DNA of 31,435 nucleotides from Myxococcota bacterium. Lineage in GTDB: Bacteria > Myxococcota_A > Polyangia > Polyangiales > Sandaracinaceae. The notes below the pieces were generated by a model. The model saw only the letters and a list, made by a program, of their open reading frames with translations, searched no databases and was not told the origin of the DNA. The position numbers were made by a program, and so were the translations under genes. The stretch lies in NCBI GenBank assembly GCA_036149055.1, contig JAYZQJ010000141.1:1-31435 (forward strand), read 5' to 3'. Shown here one piece after another: positions 11,062 to 23,711 of the stretch; position 1 is the first letter of the stretch; each line of letters opens with the position of its first letter.

Positions 11062-11473
11062 GACGTTTCCCAAGGCCAGCCTCGACGTGGGCCTCTTGTT
11101 ACTCCGGGTGACCATCGGCTCCATGATGCTCCTCGGGCACGGTTTGCCCAAGCTGATGTCGTTCGGGGAGAAGTTCCACAGCTTCGCCGATCCCCTCGGG
11201 CTCGGCCCGGAGATCAGCTTCCTCCTGGCGTTGCTCGGCGAGGTGGTGTGCGCGGCGCTCCTCGTGGTGGGCCTCGCCACCCGGGCGGCGGCGATCCCGT
11301 TCCTGATCACGATGCTGGTGGCGGCTTTCGTCGTGCACGGCGACGATCCCTGGGCGCGAAAGGAATTCGCTCTCCTGTACGCCGTCCCCGCGCTGACGTT
11401 ACTGCTCACGGGCCCGGGCAAGCTCTCTCTCGACGCGCGCCGCGGCAAGGAGCACCGACTCTTGCCCTTCTAG
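11048..11473 (+). CDS. DoxX-family membrane protein
   Basis: [52 protein letters not shown]. Alternative start at 11060. Confidence 0.9.
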   Translation: MLGPMTFPKASLDVGLLLLRVTIGSMMLLGHGLPKLMSFGEKFHSFADPLGLGPEISFLLALLGEVVCAALLVVGLATRAAAIPFLITMLVAAFVVHGDDPWARKEFALLYAVPALTLLLTGPGKLSLDARRGKEHRLLPF

Positions 11474-11497
11474 TGGAGGTCCGCTACCTCGTCCTCC

Positions 11498-12583
11498 ATG
11501 CGAGCGGGGTGGCTGGGCATCTTCTGCGTGTTCCTGTCGGGCTGCGGGGCGGCCGGCGGGAGCGCCGACCGAACGATCGACGGACGCACGGTGGACCTCC
11601 GCCCGGCGCCGCGTCCCGGGGTGGTCTACGAGATCCTGCACCGCGAGAAGCGGCAGGTGGACGACGAGGCGCCCCGGACCATCGAGACCCGCACCCTGGC
11701 CGAGGTGACCGAGGTCCGGCCCGACGGCTCACGCGAGATGCGCGCCCGAATTCAGCGCGAGTACCGCGGCACCGACGCGGGGGAGCGCCTGCAGAGCGGC
11801 GTCTTCCGGTTCGTCCTCTCGGCCGACGGCGAGGTGGTGGGCGACCCCGAGCTGGCGTGCGGCTCGCGGGGGCAGCTTCGTGTGGGGCGCTACCTGCGGC
11901 ACCTCTTCGGCGCTCGCGCCCTGGTGGCGCGGTCGGTGGGGGAGGGCAGCCGGTGGCGTGACGACTACCTCTCGGACGCCACGGAGCTCGCGTCTCCAGC
12001 CACCTTTCGCCTCGACCGGGTGGGGCGGCGCGCGGTGGAAGGCCGCCTCGTCTCGCGGATCTCGGTGGAGGAGGGCGACGTCGGCAGCGTGCGGGTGACC
12101 GGCGCCGGCCGGGTGCGCGGCCATTTCGAGGTCGCCCTCGCCGACGGCTTCATGGGACGCACCGAGCTCCGCGCCGAGATCCGCGGTGACATTCACGAAG
12201 AGGGCGGCCGGTCTCACCAAGGCACGCTCCGCACCCGCAGCCAGATCCTGGTGCGTCGCTCAGCGGACCCCGAGCCGTTCGAGTGCGCGGTCTTCGACCC
12301 GCAAATCGTCACCCGACAGATCCGCGCGCGGATGCGGGCCATCCAGGCCTGCTACGAGGCCCAGCTGCAACACGATCCGAGCCTGAGCGGCCGCGTAATG
12401 GTGCGCTTCTCGATCCACCCGGACGGCACCGTCCGGGACGTGACGACCACGGAGAACACCACCGGTAGCCCCGAGGTCGCCGCCTGCGTGACCGATATCA
12501 TCGAGCGCTTCCGCTTCAACCCGGGGCCCGAGGGGGGCAGCGTCTCCTTCGCCTACCCCTTCGTCTTCGCGCCGCAGGACTAG
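11498..12583 (+). CDS. Lipoprotein with a C-terminal AgmX/PglI (TonB-C-like) domain
   Basis: Lipobox FLSGC. C-terminal IQACYE.QL..DPSLSGRVMVRFSI...VAACV...RF...SVSFAYPFVF. Confidence 0.85.
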   Translation: MRAGWLGIFCVFLSGCGAAGGSADRTIDGRTVDLRPAPRPGVVYEILHREKRQVDDEAPRTIETRTLAEVTEVRPDGSREMRARIQREYRGTDAGERLQSGVFRFVLSADGEVVGDPELACGSRGQLRVGRYLRHLFGARALVARSVGEGSRWRDDYLSDATELASPATFRLDRVGRRAVEGRLVSRISVEEGDVGSVRVTGAGRVRGHFEVALADGFMGRTELRAEIRGDIHEEGGRSHQGTLRTRSQILVRRSADPEPFECAVFDPQIVTRQIRARMRAIQACYEAQLQHDPSLSGRVMVRFSIHPDGTVRDVTTTENTTGSPEVAACVTDIIERFRFNPGPEGGSVSFAYPFVFAPQD

Positions 12584-12589
12584 CCCCGC

Positions 12590-15500
12590 TCACTCGGCGG
12601 GCGCGGGCTCCGGAGGCGGCTCCTCGCGGCCGCTGAGGCCGCTCCGCACGTAGCGCACCGTCTTGCCGAAGCCGCGCTGCAGGTCGTCGAAGAAGAGGTA
12701 GAGGCACGGGACGAGCAGCAGCGTGATGAAGGTGGCGAAGAGCACCCCGAAGCCGAGGCTGATCGCCATCGGGATCAGGAAGCGCGCGCCGACCGACGTC
12801 TCGAGGATCATCGGCGTCAGGCCGAGGAAGGTGGTGAGCGAGGTCAGCAGGATCGGGCGGAAGCGCCGGGTGCCGCCCGCCTTCACCGACTCGAGGATGC
12901 TCAGCCCCTCGTCGCGGCGGTAGTCGTTGACCGCGCTGACGAGCACGAGCGAGTCGTTCACCACGACGCCGCTCAGGGCGACCACGCCCATGAAGCTCAT
13001 CATGCTGACGTTGTAGCCGAGCGCGAGGTGGCCGAGGATGGCGCCGACGATGCCGAAGGGGATGGCGGTCGCGATCACGAACGGCTGCACGTAGCTCTTG
13101 AAGGCGATCGCGAGCAGCGCGTACATGCAGAAGAGCGCCATCGCGAAGCCCATGCCGAGCGCGCTCATCGTCTCCGCCTGCCGCTTCTGCTCGCCGCCGA
13201 GCTCGATCCGCAGCTGCGGGAACTCGGCGAGCACCTGCGGCACCAGCTCGGTCTGCGCCTGCTGGAAGATCCGGTTCGCGTTCGCCCCGAAGGCGACGTC
13301 CGCGGTCACGTTCACCCGCCGCCGCCCGTCGAGCCGCGTGATCTGGGTGTAGGCGCGGCCGCGGGTGATCTCGGCCGCCTCGACCAGCGGGATCTCGCCG
13401 CCGTCGGGGGTGCGGATGAGCAGCTGCTCGATGTCCGCCAGGCTCTGCCGCTCCTCGAGCGGGCGGCGCACGTAGACCCGGATCTCGTCCCGGCCCCGCT
13501 GCTGACGGACCGCCTCGGCGCCGAAGAACGCGTCGCGGAGCTGCCGGGCGAGCATCTGCTCGGTGACCCCCATCGCCCGGGCCTCGGGCCGGAGCGTGAA
13601 GTCGAGCTGCTCCTTGCCCTCCTCGAAGCCGTCGTCGATCTCGATGGTGCCGGCGTAGCCGCGCAGGCCCTCGGCGAGGCGGACCGCGGCCCGCTCGAGC
13701 TGCTCGAGGTTGGGGTGACTGAGCTGGAAGTCGATGGGCTTGCCGCCGGGGCCGCCGGTGCTGAAGAGGAACGAGAGCGACTCGACGCCGGGGACCTCGC
13801 CGACCTCCTCGCGCCACGCCTCGCTGAACTCGCGCGAGGTGAAGGGGCGCTGGTCGCTCGGCACGAAGAAGACGACGACCTCGGCCTTGTGGCTGACGCC
13901 GCTCGCGGAGCCGCCGACCTGCGGTCCGCCGCCGAGCGCGCCGTGGTTGCCGAGCAGCGCGAAGCGCCCCCGCACCACGTCCTCGTCGGCCAGCCGCGCG
14001 ACCACCCGGCGGCTCGCCTCCATCAGCTGGCGCTGCACCTCCTCGGTGCGCTCGGCCGGGGTGCCGAAGGGCATCACCAGCTGCGCCGAGACGCCGTCGC
14101 CGTCGATCTTCGGGAAGAACTCGCTCTCCACCCGACCCCCGGCGACGAGGCCGAAGCCGCCGATCAGGAGCGCCACCGCCACCGCGATCGTCACGTAGCG
14201 GTACTTCAGCGAGGCCTCGAGGATGGGCGTGTAGGTCTTGGTGATCAGCCACTCCACCATGCGGCTGAAGCGCTGCTGGAGGTCGCCGAAGGCGCGGAGG
14301 CTCACCGCGAGGAGGAGGGCCAGCGACGCGCCGCCGACGAAGAGCACCGGGAAGCTCCACTCGCCGGTGATCCGGTAGACGACGAAGAGGGCGAGCGTGT
14401 CGAGGATCAGGATCCCGACCAGCCACTTCCGGGTGCTGCCGAGGTGGCCGAGGTGGGCCGGCAGGACGAGCAGCGACTCGACCAGCGACAGGAGCAGGAC
14501 GAGGATCACCACCACCGGGATCTGCATGAAGAACTTGCCGAAGGTGCCCGGCACCAGCAGCAGCGGCGCGAAGAAGATGCAGGTGGTGATGATCGCGAAG
14601 ATCACCGGGGTGGCGACCTCCTTCACCCCCTCGATGGCCGCCCGCATCGGCTTCATGCCCGATGACAATTTGGCGTACACCGCCTCGCCCACGACGATCG
14701 CGTCGTCGACGACCATCCCCAGGGTGAGGATGAACGCGAAGAGCGAGATCATGTTGATCGAGATGTTCTCGCCGGTGAGCGGCAGGAACAGGAGCGACCC
14801 GATGAAGGAGATCGGGATGCCGAGGGTCACCCAGAAGGCGAGCCGGATCTCGAGGAAGAGCCCGAGGCAGACCAGGACGAGGATCAGGCCGATGTAGGCG
14901 TTCTTGAGGAGCAGATCGATGCGATCCTCGTAGAACTCCGAGCGGTCGTTCCAGGTGGCGAAGTGCACGCCGGGCGGCAGGTCGCTCTCGTTCTCGGCGA
15001 TGTAGTCGCGGACCGTCGCCGCGAGCTGCAGGGGGGTCTGCTCACCGACCCGGAAGACCTGCACCATGACCGCGCGCTGGCCCTCGTAGCTCGCCGCGGT
15101 GTCGACCTCGCTGAAGCCGTCGGTGACGTCGGCCACGTCACCGACGGTGACGCGCGAGCCGTCCGGGCGCATGCGGATGACGATGTCCTCGAACTCGCGG
15201 CCTCGATCCCTGCGCTCGGTGGTGCGGAGCAGGATCTCCCCGCCCGCCGCCTTGATGGCGCCCGCCGGGACGTCCTGCGAGGCGGCGCGCACGGCGGTGG
15301 CGACGTCGGAGTGGGTGAGCCCGAAGCGCCGGAGGTTCTCCTGCGGCACGTCGATCGCGATCTCGAGGGGCCGGATCCCGCTCAGCTCCACCGTGGTGAT
15401 GTCGTCCTCGGCGAGCAGGTCTTCGCGCACCCGCTCCGCGATGTGACGGAGCTGTGCCTCGCTCGCGTCGCCGTAGACGATCAGCGAGATCACCTCGCCG

Positions 15501-15949
15501 CGGATGGCCGGGCGGCTGACCACCGGCTCCTCGACGTCGGTCGGGAACGAGGTGATCCGGTCGACCGCGCTCTTCACGTCGGCGAGCGCTCGATCGGCGT
15601 CGGCGCCGAGGAGCAGCTCGAGCACGACCGTGCCCACGCCCTCGCCGGCCGTGGAGCGCACCTCCTTGACGCCGTCGACCGCTCGGACCGCCTCCTCGAT
15701 CGGGAGGACCACGCCCTGCTCGACCTCCTCGGGGGAGGCGCCGGGGTAGGGGACGTTGATCAGGATCAGGTCGAGCTCGAACTCCGGGAAGACCTCCTGC
15801 TTGATGCGCGGGATCATCAGCAGGCCGCCGACGATCAGGATCAGCATCAGCACGTTGGAGGCGACGCTGTTCTGCGCCATCCAGGCGAGCGGCCCCTTGC
15901 GGTTGTCGGGCTTCTCGAGCGGAAGCCGGGACGGGCGCTCTTCGCTCAT
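12590..15949 (-). CDS. RND efflux permease (AcrB/AcrD/AcrF family)
   Basis: YPGASPEEVE, GMVVDDAIVVGE, GVVVNDSLV, RFRPILLTSLTT; 1119 aa. Confidence 0.96.
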   Translation of the reverse strand: MSEERPSRLPLEKPDNRKGPLAWMAQNSVASNVLMLILIVGGLLMIPRIKQEVFPEFELDLILINVPYPGASPEEVEQGVVLPIEEAVRAVDGVKEVRSTAGEGVGTVVLELLLGADADRALADVKSAVDRITSFPTDVEEPVVSRPAIRGEVISLIVYGDASEAQLRHIAERVREDLLAEDDITTVELSGIRPLEIAIDVPQENLRRFGLTHSDVATAVRAASQDVPAGAIKAAGGEILLRTTERRDRGREFEDIVIRMRPDGSRVTVGDVADVTDGFSEVDTAASYEGQRAVMVQVFRVGEQTPLQLAATVRDYIAENESDLPPGVHFATWNDRSEFYEDRIDLLLKNAYIGLILVLVCLGLFLEIRLAFWVTLGIPISFIGSLLFLPLTGENISINMISLFAFILTLGMVVDDAIVVGEAVYAKLSSGMKPMRAAIEGVKEVATPVIFAIITTCIFFAPLLLVPGTFGKFFMQIPVVVILVLLLSLVESLLVLPAHLGHLGSTRKWLVGILILDTLALFVVYRITGEWSFPVLFVGGASLALLLAVSLRAFGDLQQRFSRMVEWLITKTYTPILEASLKYRYVTIAVAVALLIGGFGLVAGGRVESEFFPKIDGDGVSAQLVMPFGTPAERTEEVQRQLMEASRRVVARLADEDVVRGRFALLGNHGALGGGPQVGGSASGVSHKAEVVVFFVPSDQRPFTSREFSEAWREEVGEVPGVESLSFLFSTGGPGGKPIDFQLSHPNLEQLERAAVRLAEGLRGYAGTIEIDDGFEEGKEQLDFTLRPEARAMGVTEQMLARQLRDAFFGAEAVRQQRGRDEIRVYVRRPLEERQSLADIEQLLIRTPDGGEIPLVEAAEITRGRAYTQITRLDGRRRVNVTADVAFGANANRIFQQAQTELVPQVLAEFPQLRIELGGEQKRQAETMSALGMGFAMALFCMYALLAIAFKSYVQPFVIATAIPFGIVGAILGHLALGYNVSMMSFMGVVALSGVVVNDSLVLVSAVNDYRRDEGLSILESVKAGGTRRFRPILLTSLTTFLGLTPMILETSVGARFLIPMAISLGFGVLFATFITLLLVPCLYLFFDDLQRGFGKTVRYVRSGLSGREEPPPEPAPAE

Positions 15950-17256
15950 CCCTCGCGCTCCGCGGAGGGCGGCTCGGGGCTCTCGGCTTCTGGCGGACGC
16001 GACGGCGCGGCAGGCGGCTCGTCGACGCGGCGCAGCAGGGTGCCCTCGACGGGGACCGCGATCGGGCTGAGGACCAGCTCGGCGCCCGGCTCGAGGCCGC
16101 GCACGAGCACGGAGTCCTCCCGGCGCCAGACCACGTCGACCTCGGACAGCGCCAGGTGACCGTCGCCGAACAGGTGCACGACGTCACCGGCGTGCAGGGC
16201 CTCGCGCGGGATCTCGAAGACGCCGTCGAGGTGACCGGCCTCGATGCGCACGTGCACGAACGCGCCGATCAGGATCGGCAGGCCCGGCTCCTCGCGCTGG
16301 AGGCCGAGCGGGTCGTCGATCTCGACGAGCACCCGGGCCATCCGGCCCACCGGGTCGAGGTCGCCGAGCAGCCGGAGCACCCGGCCGCTGCGCTCGATGC
16401 GCTGCCCCTCGCCGACGTCCTGGTAGACCAGCGCGCTCGAGCCGGCGTCGCCGTTGAAGCCGGGCACGCGGATCCGGGCGAGGGACGACAGGGGGATCGA
16501 GACCTGCACCCAGAAGTGCTCGGTGCCGACCAGGGTCGCGACCTGAGACGTGGGCCCGACGAGCTGCCCGATGTCGACGCTCTCCGCCTGCACCAGCGCG
16601 TCGAAGGGCGCGTCCAGGGTGGTGCGCGAGAGGTTCGTCCGGGCCTGGGTGATCGCGCTGCGGGCGGCGCGCACCGAGGCCTCGGCGGAGCGGACCTGGG
16701 GCTGCCGGAGGGCGAGCGCCCGGCCGTCCTCGCTGGCGCCGCTCGCGCCGCGGCCGAGGAGCGCCCACTCGCGCTCGGCGATGACCCGCCGGCTCTCCTC
16801 CTGGGTCAGCTGCACGCGGCTGTTCTCGAGCTGCGCCTGCTGCTGCTCGAGCGCGGCGCGGTAGTCGCGCGGGTCGATGCGGATGAGGGTGTCGCCCTCG
16901 GCGAGCCGGCCGCCGGGCACGAGCTCCTCGTTCATCGCGATCACGCGGCCGCTCAGCTCCGGCTGCATCACGACGCGCCGCGCGGCCACCACCTCGCCCT
17001 GCGCGTCCACGTGGACATCGGCCTCCATCGGCTGGAGCGCGCGGGTCCGCACCGGCAGGCCGAGGTTCTCCTCCTCGGTGCGCTCGGCCTGGGGCCGGGT
17101 CGCCACCATCAGCCCCGCGAACGCGACGCCCAGCATGCAGATGCCGGCCGGGATCAGGACGGCGAAGATGCGCTTCACGACGCTCGGCCGGGCGGGCTCC
17201 TCCGCCGGGGCGGTCGGGGCGGCCGGGTCGGGGATCGCGTGGGGCTCGGTGTTCAT
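15946..17256 (-). CDS. RND periplasmic adaptor (membrane fusion protein)
   Basis: Single N-terminal TM, ELSGRV, RIDPRDY, coiled coil, RTTLDAPFD. Start MNTEPH at 17256 overlaps the upstream stop (ATGA). Confidence 0.93.
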   Translation of the reverse strand: MNTEPHAIPDPAAPTAPAEEPARPSVVKRIFAVLIPAGICMLGVAFAGLMVATRPQAERTEEENLGLPVRTRALQPMEADVHVDAQGEVVAARRVVMQPELSGRVIAMNEELVPGGRLAEGDTLIRIDPRDYRAALEQQQAQLENSRVQLTQEESRRVIAEREWALLGRGASGASEDGRALALRQPQVRSAEASVRAARSAITQARTNLSRTTLDAPFDALVQAESVDIGQLVGPTSQVATLVGTEHFWVQVSIPLSSLARIRVPGFNGDAGSSALVYQDVGEGQRIERSGRVLRLLGDLDPVGRMARVLVEIDDPLGLQREEPGLPILIGAFVHVRIEAGHLDGVFEIPREALHAGDVVHLFGDGHLALSEVDVVWRREDSVLVRGLEPGAELVLSPIAVPVEGTLLRRVDEPPAAPSRPPEAESPEPPSAEREG

Positions 17257-18764
17257 CCCTCGGTCTCCTCGTCGGCCGCCTCGTCCTCGTCCTCGTCGTC
17301 CTCCTCGGTCGCCTCGCGCGGGAGGGGGAGGCGCGGCGCGTCGAGCTCGGTGGTCCACGCGCCGCCGAGCGCGCGGGCCAGCTGCACGCGCTGCGAGAGG
17401 AGCGAGCGCTGGGCGGCGAGGATGCTCTGCTCGGTGCGCTGCACGGTGGCGAGCGCGGTGAGCACCGGGAGGTAGTCGCTCAGGCCCTGGCCGTAGCGCG
17501 TCCGGGACTCGAGCAGGGTCGCGCGGGCGGCGGCGAGCTGCTCCTCGAGGTTCTCGGTCTGCACCACGAGCTGCCGCTCCTGGGCGAGCGCGTTCTCCAC
17601 CTCGAGCATCGCGGTGAGGAGCGTCTGCGCGAAGCTCTGGAGGCGCTCGCGCAGGACGGCGCGGTTGCGTCGCACCTCGGCCGCTCGCCGCCCGCCGTCG
17701 AGCACCGGAGCGAGGAGGCTGCCGGCCAGCGACCAGACGAACGAGCTGAGCAGGTTCTCGATGTTCGGCGACGACACGCCCACCGAGGCCGAGAGCCGGA
17801 AGGTCGGGTACTGGTCGGCGATGGCCGCGCCGAGGCGGTGGTCCTGGGCCGCGACCCGACGCTGGGCCGCGCGCACGTCGGGGCGCCGGAGCAACAGATC
17901 GCCCGGCACGCCGGCCCGGGGCATCGGCGGCAGCGGGGGCATCGTGGTCGGCTCCGGGAGCGCGCCGATCTCGCCGAGGAAGGCGCTCGGCGGGCGACCG
18001 ACGAGCACCGCGAGGTTGTGCCGCGCGACCGTCTCGCCGCCCTCGATCTGGGCGAGCTGCGCCTCGGTCGCCTCGACCTGCTGGCGCTGCTGGTAGACGT
18101 CGAGCGCGGTGCCGAGCCCGTGCGCGAAGCGGAGCGTGACCAGCTCCAGGAACACGCGGTTCGTCTCGAGCTGCTCCTCGAGCAGGCGCCGCGAGGCCCG
18201 CTGCTGCACGACGTTCAGCCAGGTCTCCACCACGTTGGCGACCACGGTGACCGCGAGCGACTCGACGTCGTCCCGGGTCGCGAGCGCGTCGAGGCCGGCG
18301 GCGGTGACCGAGTGGCCGACGCGGTTCCAGAGATCGAGCTCGTAGCTGACCGGCACCGAGATGCCGAGCGCGTTGTTCTCGAACTCCTGCACGCCGAGGC
18401 TGCCGAAGACGATGACCTGGCGGCGGCGCGCCACGTCGAGCTGCGCGCTGATCTGCGGCCAGAAGCCCGAGGCCTGCGCCTCGACGCCGGCCTCGGCTTG
18501 CTCGAGGCGCGCCCAGGCGGCGCCGAGCTGGAAGTTCCGGGCGAGGGCCTCGTCGACGAGGTGGTTCAGCTCGGGGTCGCCGAACGCCACCCACCACTCG
18601 TCGAGCACGGCCTCGTCGGGGACCACGTCGGTCTCGTCGCCCGCCGTCTGCGCGAAGCCGTCCGGCACGTCCACCGGGGCCGCGGGGCGGTCGACGGTGT
18701 GGTGCGGGGAGCAGCTCGAAAGCAGCGGGAGCAGCGCCGCCATCATCGCGGTGCGCGTCTTCAT
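17253..18764 (-). CDS. Outer-membrane efflux lipoprotein (TolC/NodT/OprM family)
   Basis: Lipobox LLSSC, WWVAFGDPELNHLV, SYELDLW, LLLRRPDVRAA, LARALGGAW. ATG 18764 overlaps the TetR stop. Confidence 0.95.
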   Translation of the reverse strand: MKTRTAMMAALLPLLSSCSPHHTVDRPAAPVDVPDGFAQTAGDETDVVPDEAVLDEWWVAFGDPELNHLVDEALARNFQLGAAWARLEQAEAGVEAQASGFWPQISAQLDVARRRQVIVFGSLGVQEFENNALGISVPVSYELDLWNRVGHSVTAAGLDALATRDDVESLAVTVVANVVETWLNVVQQRASRRLLEEQLETNRVFLELVTLRFAHGLGTALDVYQQRQQVEATEAQLAQIEGGETVARHNLAVLVGRPPSAFLGEIGALPEPTTMPPLPPMPRAGVPGDLLLRRPDVRAAQRRVAAQDHRLGAAIADQYPTFRLSASVGVSSPNIENLLSSFVWSLAGSLLAPVLDGGRRAAEVRRNRAVLRERLQSFAQTLLTAMLEVENALAQERQLVVQTENLEEQLAAARATLLESRTRYGQGLSDYLPVLTALATVQRTEQSILAAQRSLLSQRVQLARALGGAWTTELDAPRLPLPREATEEDDEDEDEAADEETEG

Positions 18765-19456
18765 GACTGTCTCTCTGGGTTGCGGCGTTCGGGGTTGCGG
18801 CGTTCGGGGTTGCGCAGCGCGCGGAGGAAGAGCTCCACCAGAGTCGGCAGGAGCCGGTCGAAGTCGGGGATCGGGCGGTCCTGGGGCATGTGCGCGATGA
18901 ACCGCGGCGCGTTCATGCGCAGGGCGTTGGCGCCGAAGAAGGTGGCCCATAGCGCGACGGAGACCTCGTGCACGTCGAAGTCGTCGCGGAGCGATCCGTC
19001 CGCCTGGCCGCGCTCGAGCGCGGTGACGTAGGTGTCGCGCAGGGTGCGGATGCGGTCGATGTAGCCGGACCCGCTCTGCTCGGCCGGCTGCTGGCTCCAG
19101 AGGCTGGCCATCGCGAAGCGGAAGCTGCCCGCGTTCGCCATCACGACCTCGGCGTGGGTCTCGATCAGGCGCCGCAGCAGGGTCTCGCCGTCGAGCGAGT
19201 CGTCGTCCCGGAGCGAGGCGAAGCGCTCGAGCACCGCGTCGAGGGGGCGGTGGGTGAGGGCGACCGAGAGATCGTCCTTGCTCTGGAAGTAGAGGTAGAG
19301 CGTGCCCTTGCTGACCTCGGCCGCCTCGGCGACCTCCTCCATGGTCGCGACGGCCGCGCCCCGCTCCCCGAACACGCGCGCGGCGGCGTCCAGGATGGCC
19401 TCCCGTCGCTCCGCCTTCTCGCGGGCTCGCCGGATCGCTGCGCTCGTCGCTCCCAT
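18761..19456 (-). CDS. TetR/AcrR-family transcriptional regulator
   Basis: ILDAAARVFGERG...TMEEVAEAAEVSKGTLYLYFQSKDDL HTH. Start ATG 19456. Confidence 0.95.
   Translation of the reverse strand: MGATSAAIRRAREKAERREAILDAAARVFGERGAAVATMEEVAEAAEVSKGTLYLYFQSKDDLSVALTHRPLDAVLERFASLRDDDSLDGETLLRRLIETHAEVVMANAGSFRFAMASLWSQQPAEQSGSGYIDRIRTLRDTYVTALERGQADGSLRDDFDVHEVSVALWATFFGANALRMNAPRFIAHMPQDRPIPDFDRLLPTLVELFLRALRNPERRNPERRNPERQS
18777..18814. repeat. 15-bp tandem repeat (GGGTTGCGGCGTTCG, about 2.5 copies) encoding the RNPER repeats at the TetR C-terminus
   Basis: Units at 18777-18791, 18792-18806 and a partial unit at 18807-18814. Confidence 0.85.
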
Positions 19457-19474
19457 CGCCTGCTCATCACCTGC

Positions 19475-19509
19475 TGACTGACGGTCAGTCACTGACTGGC
19501 GGTTAGTTA
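19475..19509. promoter_or_regulatory. Tandem TetR-type operators
   Basis: Perfect palindrome TGACTGAC-G-GTCAGTCA (19475-19491) followed by the degenerate copy TGACTGGC-G-GTTAGTTA (19493-19509), about 20 bp upstream of tetR. Confidence 0.8.
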
Positions 19510-19669
19510 GGGCGATCCAGAACGCTGCGCAAGCCGTCCGGGACCCCTCGTTGGTGAGGTCGCGCCGCGACGAGCCGGTGATCGAGCCGGAACCCACGCG
19601 CGCAGCCTGAACGAGCCGCGTGAAGCGCGCCCGCCCGGCTGCGTGAAGAAGCGTGAAGGTCGAGAAGTG

Positions 19670-19742
19670 TGGGCGGAACCGGGTTCGAACCGATGACCAC
19701 TGGTTTGTAAGACCAGCGCTCTACCAACTGAGCTATCCGCCC
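19670..19742 (-). tRNA. tRNA-Val (anticodon TAC)
   Basis: GGGCGGATAGCTCAGTTGGTAGAGCGCTGGTCTTACAAACCAGTGGTCATCGGTTCGAACCCGGTTCCGCCCA folds as a cloverleaf. CCA is not encoded. It lies 10 nt after the lon stop. Confidence 0.97.
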
Positions 19743-19752
19743 GAGAGGTGCG

Positions 19753-22227
<2,475 letters not shown>

Positions 22228-22294
22228 CGAAGCGCTTTCTGTGCCGGGGGGCGCGACGGTGGCGACGGCCCTATCAACCTACGAGGATGGGTAT

Positions 22295-22326
22295 GCGGGC
22301 GTTCCCTCGCAAGGGGGAGCGCCCGC
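22295..22326. other. GC-rich hairpin in the clpX-lon spacer, overlapping a sigma32-like promoter candidate
   Basis: GCGGGCGTTCCCTC-GCAA-GGGGGAGCGCCCGC. The minus strand reads CTTGCG-N15-ACCCAT. No U-tract. Confidence 0.45.
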
Positions 22327-22332
22327 TCGAGG

Positions 22333-23592
<1,260 letters not shown>

Positions 23593-23637
23593 TACCCCGT
23601 CAGGAAGGACCGACGTGGCCCTTCCGCGTCATGGAGG

Positions 23638-23666
23638 ACTCTAATCCCGAGACCCCCCGCAGGCAA
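23638..23666 (-). promoter_or_regulatory. Putative sigma70-type promoter for clpX
   Basis: TTGCCT-N17-TAGAGT on the minus strand. The -35 lies within the palindrome GCAGGCA-AC-TGCCTGC. Confidence 0.5.
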
Positions 23667-23711
23667 CTGCCTGCAAAGAACGCACAGTTTCGTCAACTGT
23701 CCGAAATACCT

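Noticed and set aside
11498..12583. Gliding-motility (glt/agl) gene cluster
   Set aside because: Only one AgmX/PglI-type domain is present, with no other motility genes nearby.
19618..19658. Three GCGTGAAG direct repeats downstream of the tRNA
   Set aside because: Short and irregularly spaced; I cannot separate them from chance.
19557..19742. tRNA-Val as an integration site for the accessory genes to its left
   Set aside because: I saw no integrase and no duplicated tRNA 3' end within the window. A site outside the window cannot be excluded.
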